The notes under the pieces: model-generated
The model's input: the letters and a program-made list of their open reading frames with translations, nothing else
Told to the model about the DNA's origin: nothing
Database searches by the model: none
Program-made: the position numbers and the translations under genes
Shown here: piece after piece, positions 38,148 through 47,100 of the stretch
How positions within the stretch are numbered: position 1 is the stretch's first letter
How the letters are laid out: each line of letters opens with the position of its first letter
NCBI GenBank assembly: GCA_030141605.1
Contig: JAQGDQ010000662.1
Span: 1-64,000, forward strand
Direction: 5' to 3'
Length of the DNA stretch: 64,000 nt
DNA from: Tubiluchus corallicola
Taxonomy: Eukaryota; Animalia; Priapulida

Positions 38148-41100
38148 AATTGTACCACTTTGAATTAACACATACCCCTCTGTGGTAGACATAAACGCAA
38201 ACCTACCCCCAACCCCCGACTATGCACACTATTCACTGGCACTGAACTTTTCACCTGAGACCAAAAGGTCACCTGGCCCGGTCTAGCTTGTTGCCGCTAG
38301 TTTGCACACTTCGCTTATTAGGTTACAATTAACAGATCAACAAACTATTTTGAGAAAGATACTGATTGCAACATAATGATCTATGCGCAAAAATAAAAAA
38401 AGCACAATGAATCGATGATTGCTTTACAAATCATCCGATATAAAACAAAATGATACGTAACCCATCTTACCAAATTGATGTAAAAATGGCAAATTTGGCC
38501 TCAGTCAACAATATTTCTAGCTTATTTAGGATTAGACTTAAAATTAAGATTACTTGAATATGATCAGCAATAGGATCATCATGAACAAAAGTTTCAAGGA
38601 TATATTGACGGGTTTTTTTTTTAATTAGTTTGGTTTGCAGTTGAAAAATGCATTTACCATGTAAACTCCATTTTATAGGATGGGCAACATAAGTGTATAC
38701 TTAGCTGTATTGATGCTGCAGCCTTTGTACATCTTTTTTTTACTACAGCCACTTAAAAACATTTATAGTTAAAACACCACAACTTTATTTAAACTTTAAA
38801 TTGACATAGTTAAAAAAATCTGTCAAACATTTCGACAGAGCTACTGCTGTCATTATCAGTGGTAGATTTTTACAAACATACAACTAGTTTATTGAGGCAG
38901 AGTTTACAGTATAAAACATTATGCATTAATTATGTATTTAACAGAAGCCAAATAGGTAAAGATTAAGCAGACCTGAAGAAAAGAAATTGATACAGTAACA
39001 AATAACTAAGTCTTTAGAATAAAGTTAAAGGAAATGAACTGCTTTGTGCATTAAGAGAAGGCTTATTAGGGTACATAGATAAATTTTCTTTTGTTAATAA
39101 GTCGCAGTTATTAGTAGCTGTGGTCACAACGCTGAAATTGTTAAAATCAGCTTTGTGGCCAGAGGCACAAATATGGTCATTAATGCTAGATTGAGAAGAA
39201 TTTTTAATTTCTAGCTAGTTCTAGACAAAATACCCAAATATTCACAAATTCTTACTTTAAAGTGCCTTGATGTTTTGTCATGGTAAGCAGCATTACAGCT
39301 GCTGCACTGAAATCTATGTAATATCTGACTGTAAGCATGCGAGTATTTTGTCTTTAAATGGGAACAAAGAACCTAAATTACTGCCAGATTTTAACACAAT
39401 ACGTAGATGAATACGGTGGTACAGCTGTTTCACAATATGACAGATTTTGTTTTTCACATGCAAAGACTGAGGCCCGAAAAAGTGTAGGGGTAAACACACT
39501 AGTTTTTCAGAAACAGACTGTATGACGATTTTTTTCGAAAAAAACTTTATCAAGAAATTTTTTGATGGTTAAGTCAATTAACCACATTGGAACCCTTTTA
39601 GAAATTCAAAAAACTTTTTATAGCATTGATTTCCTCATGAAATTTGTGATAGGTTGTTGATAAAATACAAAATGCTTTATGTACTAGAGTTTTTAAGGTT
39701 TTTAAGATCACATTTGAACTGTTTGCAAGTGAAAGATTCAAAATCAGCATACAGAAGCAGTAAATGTGTTCTTTCTAAAAACAGAAGTAGACAAACTATC
39801 CAGATCATGATGAAGCAGCATGTCTAGAAAGGATAAAAAACCATTATTTTCAGTATCACAAGTAAATTTGGTGAAGTGATGACATGAGTTTAAATGATCT
39901 AAAAACAAAGGTACATGATTCATAGATTTGAACGGCTTATTTATAAAACAAAGTTTACCAATGTACCCTAATAAGCCTTCTCTTAATGTACCTAGCAGTT
40001 CAATTCGTTTAACTTTATCAATTTCTTTTCTACAGGTCTGCATAATCATTACTTCTTTGGCTTTTTGCAAATACATAATTAGTGCACAGTTTACTGTATC
40101 AATTTCTTTTCTACAGGTTATTCATTACCTATGTGGCTTCTGTTAAATACATAATTAGTGCATAATGTTCTATACTATAGGCTCTGCCTATACAAACTGG
40201 TTGTATGTTTGTGAAATTTATCACTGATGATGACAGCAGTAGCTCTGTCAAAACGTTTGATAAGACTTTTTAACTGTGTAAATAAAAAGTTTTAATAAAG
40301 TTGTGCTGTTTAACTATAAACATCTTTTTTATTGTAAATTGTACTATGTCTATTTTGTTGCATATTTAATATCAATTTAGGAAATTGTCGCTAAACCACA
40401 GCAAGAGAATTGTTGTTATTAGCATGTTAAGTCTTTAGTAAAACTAATACTGTAACATGCTAGTTTTTCAATTTATTTGATAACAAATCATAATCAAAAC
40501 ATCTAATGTTGTGCGTAAACATACTTTTCCACAATCAGTCGTCTATTGACTTGGTAAAGTGTACTATTTTTTATAAAAATCTGTATATTTTAATTACAAA
40601 TGAAATGGAAAAAACCAAGATTTTTAGCAGTCTTTCATCTGTAGTGAAAGACCGGTGGCAGCTGTAATGTGTGGTCAACAATATCATTCGTATTCTTCTA
40701 TGTATGTTTGATGTTTTTCTTGTTTTAAAAAACTTTATTCTTTTTTCTGAAACAGAGCCAGTCTAAAAGTAATTTGGTACAGCCAACCGATTGTGTAGAA
40801 CTGAGTGACAAAGGCCGAATCTAGATAAAGACGTTTTCCGTGTAGCCTCTGATAATGACCCAGTGGTCATTTGCAATGCACAAACAAAATACCTTTTGTG
40901 TGGTCAGATTTCAAAAAATTTAAAAAATGTACATTTTGTCTGCCTCCATTTCAATAGTTTTTAAAAGATTTTTGCTCAGCTGTTAAGGAAACAGTTTCCA
41001 AACTGGCTGACACTGCCTGCAAAACTGAGAGACAGGACCAAGTCGGGACGATGCTGGAGTAACGGTGAGTCGGTCCAAATCCCATGCAAACGTTAGACTT

Positions 41101-44100
41101 AAAGGAGAAAAAAGTAATTTAAACTTTGTCTCTGAAAACTTTCTCACAAAATTATACTACTTAGCATTATGCTTACTTATTTAAAACACTTAGTCTATGA
41201 TTAAAAGAGAAAATTCTCAATATATCAAAATGTTCATGACAACTCGGTAAAACGGCACGGCAAGCGATAAAAAATGACTGGACGAATTTTTAAGATTTTT
41301 CACTAAGAGTGTTTTCTTGTCCTTTAAGTGAAAGAAAAAACAGATTGCTTAAGCTTTTAATGACGTGCACCATTGACACCACAACAGAAATGCTCGATAT
41401 AAAATGTAGAAGAAATAAAAGCGAATATACATTTAATTAAAAGCTTAATACAAACAACATTTTAAAGCACAAGAAAACCTTTTACTTACACAAAGCTAGA
41501 AAAATTTGCCTAAAAAATCACCTACACACTGCCTTATTGTGCACAGAGCTTGTATTAGTAGTAATGCTGTATAAAACTTGTAAATCTAAACTCCCGCGAT
41601 GACCGTTAGGCACAGCCATATTAACAGTAAGTCGTTTGAAACATGTTTAGCTAACATTGCACAAAGTTCGAAAAAAATAATCAGACATACCATAGTATAC
41701 CATTACTTTAAATGATTACAAATTTTCTTTTTTGATTACATAAATCTTTTAAGCAGGTAAACGTAATGCTAAATAATATAATTTCCTACAGAAAGTTTAA
41801 TGCAATATACTTTCTTTCCCTTTAAATATCTTTCATTGTGTAGCAGTTGCTCACATTGTGTGTTAATCTTTTAAAACAATTCAACCCACTAGGCTCCCCA
41901 ATGGAAGGAGTGATCCACCATCCAGCTTGTTCACTGTAGGATACTGTGGCAAAATCGGCAGCTAATTTATTATAACGGAAAGTTCTCTAGAATGGTACAC
42001 TAATCAGCAAAAGTTGTGAATTGGGATTTAGTTGCAAACCCATAACAACCAGAACGAATCTTTTGTTTAATTACATTATATTCGTAGTGTTAAGATGATT
42101 TACACACACATGACTAATCAAATTTTGACACCAAACCAGAAAGACAGGAAAAATGAAAAAGTGACAAGGACATAGCATGGATTTGAACCAGGGCCTTTCT
42201 GATCACATTTGCAGAACACCTTAGATCACCAAGCCACAACGGAAATGCTGAATCTGGTTGGGCAATTATAAGGGAAGAACTTTGGATTGCCTTGGTTACT
42301 GGAGAGTACGATGACTTAGTGGATTCTCTCGTTTGTTGACCACACATGTAGTTTGTGAGAACTTGCGTAAACCACCGAAAAAGTTTGATATTAATAGAGC
42401 AAAATGCGCCACATACCTTTAACAAACACCCCGCGCATGTTCTTGGCGACCTGAAGACCATCACGAGCATTTTGGTTCCCCGACAGTGTACTGTTGAGCG
42501 CGTGAGCGTACAACAACACGGCGTCATGAAGGAAAGCGGCGTATCTGTCTCCCTGGTAAAAAATCCACAAGCAAACGTATCTAATTTTCAATGAATACTT
42601 GAGTTTATAAAAAGTAAATCGTGCGTAATACCTTTAAAAAACATCCCACGCATGTTCTTTGCCACTTCTAGGCCATCACGTGGGTTTGAAGTCTTCAACA
42701 TGGTATAGTTGAGCGCGTGTGCGTACAAGAACACAGAGTCGTGCAGGAACGCAGAATAGCGGTCACCCTGGCAAAAAATTCACAAGCAAAAACAGTAGAC
42801 CTAACGAAATGCATAACGCTAGCATTGTGGCATAGATTGTACCTTTAAAGAAAATTCCTCGCATGTTTTTTGCTACATCGAGACCATCACGTGGATCTCG
42901 GCTCTGAGACATAGTATAATTGAGTGCCAGAGAGTACAGGAACACAGCGTCATGTAGAAAAGCTGCATACCTGTCACCCTACGTAAAAAATGCACAAGCG
43001 TTCCTGTAGTCAACAAGTATCTATGCTTAACGATGCAAATGCCAACGTGATGAGTACATTATATCACAAACTAAAACTGTGTTTAACATTGTAGTTGAGC
43101 AAGTCAAACACAAGGAAAATTGAGTTAGCTGACCAAGGTCAAGACTAAATAAGACATGTAAATAACTGGGGTTTTCACTGGGAAGTATCTCCAATTATGC
43201 AGCTGAAAAAACATTCGCTAATCCACCACAAATACTTTAATAATTTAGCAAATAACGGTAGACGGTCTTGCCCAAATGCCTAGAACTATTGCGCAAATGT
43301 CAAAATCAAAAGTGCTAGAAAAAAATTAAGTTATATGACCATCTGCTTGTAGCCAAAAGGTGCCTTCCCTTAGAACAAAAATGAATAAATTAGAAATGAA
43401 AAACACAAAAAAATGAAAATTTGAAAGAAAATGAAAAAACAAAAGTTGCGCGAACTTGACAGGATAACTAACTGTTCAGAAACAAGCTCAAGCATAAACA
43501 AAATAATTTTAAGAGTGAAGGCATAAAAAAATAAAACTGTCATAAAATGAAGTGCTTGGCACATACAAAGTACTTAACTACCAGTAACCAATAGTTTGTA
43601 CCTGTGTACAAATAAAGCGTACGTTCATCCGTACTAATATTAATACATACAGTTACACCTATACGAAGACAAAACACAAAGTGAGAATGGAGATTAAATA
43701 AACTCTCATAACAATTTCGCTATGCACTTTATCATGATCCAAGAAACTTTAATTTTTTTAAAACCTGAAACTGCACAACTATGTTAAACGAGTGCGCAGC
43801 GCTCCAAACATTACTATTTTATACTGAGTTCATTTAAACATACGGCAACCGATATGAATCAATTTAATTTTATATTGTTGCAATATTTTTGAATATTACG
43901 CAGCTGCCCTTCAATACTATAGCTCAGCAAGAAATTCCAGGCCTACAAGCTATGCAGAGGGGGTCTAAATTAACTATACTTGCCACTTACATAAATATTC
44001 AGCAGATCGAGTCCCAAGCCTTTAGGTATATACTGCTTCCACGGCGGCTTTCTCATTCTGTTAGCAACATCAATTCTGAATGCATCAACCTCGGGTCCAG

Positions 44101-47100
44101 TTAGCGCAGCCAAGCCCACCTGCAAATGTACAAGATGGCAATAAATTCGTCCTAGAAGTTTAACGTTTGACTTTTCGGAAGAAATACATGCACAGATGTA
44201 AAATTAAATTAATCAAATGTCCAGTAGGTAGCAGCAGAAAAGCACGTGCTTAGATGTTAAATTAAATGAACTAAATGTCCAGGAGATGGCAGCATAAAAA
44301 CACGTGCTTAGATGTTAAATTAAATGAATTAAATGTCCAGCAGATAGCAGCACAAAAGCATGTGCTTAGATATTAAATTAAATGAAGTAAATGTCCAGTA
44401 GATAGCAGCACAAAAGCATGTGCTTAGATGTTAAATTAAATGAACTAAATGTCCAGCAGATGGCAGCATAAAAACACGTGCTTAGATGTTAAATTAAATG
44501 TCCAGCAGATAGCAGCACAAAAGCATGAGCTTAGATATTAAATTAAATGAACCAAATGTCCAGTAGATAGCAGCACAAAAGCATGTGCTTAGATGATAAA
44601 TTAAATGAACTAAATGTCCAGCAGATGGCAGCATAAAAACGCGTGCTTAGATGTTAAATTAAATGAATTAAATGTCCAGCAGATAGCAGCACAAAAGCAT
44701 ATGCTTAGATATTAAATTAAATGAACTAAATGTCCAGTAGATAGCAGCACAAAAGCATGTGATGAAACCCCCAACAGTGTAAAAAATTCACTGGCCAGAT
44801 GTAAATTAAATAAGATCTTGTGCACGTACATGAAATACGCTTTCAAAGGCTTGCTTGGCTTCTTGGTTACGTTGGTCATTCGAATACCAGGTCTCCGTTG
44901 CATCTACTACATCGTCGTCAGGTAGGATATCCATTGTGTAGAACACATAGTCCCCGTTCGTCATGCCCAGATCATACGCTCGAATCATGAAGTTACGACG
45001 ATCCTTTGCAGGAGCTACTAGCATAACAACTGAAAATACACATCGACAATATTGCAAGCACATATAAATGCACAACTGTAAACACATATATGCAGCATAG
45101 CAAACACACATAAACTCACAACTGAAAACATATGTACACAACATAACAAGCACATACAAACTCGCAACTGAAAACTAACGTACACAAACATAGCAAACAT
45201 ATATAAATTCACAACTAAAAACATATGCACATAACATAGCAAGCATGTATAAACTCACAAGAGCTTACTCAAATAAGCTATTAATAGGACAAGAGAAATA
45301 AACTGCACATTAGTTATTTCAGTACCTCAATGCACTATACTGAAATGCACATTTGCTAGTGTTGAGACCGATTAAAGAATAACAATCAATTTGGGTTTAA
45401 CTCCTGATCTCAGATATTTTTTCAGCTGCTGATGCATGGATTGTATTAATACTATTTTAACTTATTTAAAAAAAAAACAGAAAATTCCACCACAAATGAA
45501 AATCACACAAAATATCACTATCTTTATGCAGTAACTTAATACATCGGCATCTCTGCTTAGACGCAAAGGTTTCTCATAGCACGAATGTGTGCTTTTAATC
45601 CATGCCTGCCTCTTTGTAAAATATATTCAATTAGATTTTCCTTATGATCATCGACATAATTATCGAATCGGTTTCATATCCAACTGATTATGAAGATCCA
45701 TCTGATTTTCCACCATTAATAATTACAGCAAAAAGAAATCATTTACAAACCTGACCTAATGAAGAGGCCCTAACTAGTACAAACAATCTACATTTCTGAC
45801 CAATCTAGCCATTTTACCCTTTCTGTTTTATGTTTCTTGCGCTAAACTACAAGTAAAAGAAAAACTTCTGCAATTAATGACTGCCTGGAATGAATTACTT
45901 CTGGTTTCTTTCTTAATTTCAGTGAGCATTTTCTTCATCTTGCGATCCGTAGGGTTATCCTCGTATTTGAGATGAGACGTAACGGTGATGTTCCTCTCGT
46001 TAAATGCATAAGCAACAGCTTTTGCAGCATCTCCCCACAACAACCTGAGAAACAGTAAAACAAAGGTTTGTACTTAGAATACTATTATTCACTTAAAAAA
46101 GACAATTACCGAAGATAAGCTCAATGGGCCCCTAAATTCCAATAAGAATTTATAGTGGCATCTGTGATATGAAATTTAAAATGGATCAGGAATGTTACAG
46201 TGAAACAATACAAATTTAAATATGGTACTTTTCTTCCAAGGACAGACGACGTGATATGAAAATCAATAACCTGCAAATGCAATACTCATTAAAAGACATT
46301 TCATTTGTTGTTAGAAGTTTTAGGTTGCAATACTATGCAGATGGGTACACAATTTTGAAATTTGTTGCTAAATTATGCTACAATTACAGTAATTGTACGT
46401 CTATGCTATACTATAGCCTGCATCTAAGTAAAGTGAAGAGAATAAGTTTGTATTTTGCAATTTGACTTGACAAATACTAACAGAACTCAGAACAATCCTG
46501 AACGTAGCATGGTTTTATTGCTCTCTGCTAAATATTCTCGTAGATTTCCAGACTCACGCACATCATGCTCAAGCATGACCGCTTGTACGTCACTACGTGT
46601 TGCACTTGTAATTGTCTATACCAACCGGTATTTCATGGTTGCTACAGACAAGCGATTTTTCGTGGTCAACTTCTGGTTAATTGCCATATAGAATAGTAAC
46701 GCCAGAAAGCTACTGAAGCCTCAATTTTATACTATGAATCTTTAAAATTTAATAGACTTTTTACAAAGCACGCAGCAATAACGCTCTTGAAAAGAAGCAG
46801 CCATTGGGAAAATGAGTAATCTTTGGATTACAAACAATGAAGTGTCTCTTGCAGTTTATTTTTTACGACTCATACATTGTGAAAGTGGGCTTTTAATTGG
46901 TGCATTTTTATTGCCTATATCTAGAACAGTGTTGAATTCTGTTCTGCTGAACAAACCGGAATTAAAGAGTAATGCACAACTAAAGCGAATTCAATTAATT
47001 TGCAACACGGTGTAGTTGATATACTATGAAACAAAAATATGTATTTAATTTGAGTATTATAAAAAGTTTAAGCATAACCGTATTACATTCTCTTGTATCA

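Larger units (their letters stand above)
38755..40325 (-). mobile_element. Decayed Penelope-like retroelement (RT C-terminus + GIY-YIG remnant) with inverted terminal repeat
   Basis: Broken minus-strand frames [30 protein letters not shown]...[48 protein letters not shown]; ~38755-39100 is repeated inverted at ~39930-40325. Confidence 0.8.

Noticed and set aside
42417-42978. Triplicated exons as a constitutive internal protein repeat
   Set aside because: Including two or three 136-nt copies breaks the frame with exon 8, and the ectodomain fold needs this segment once.
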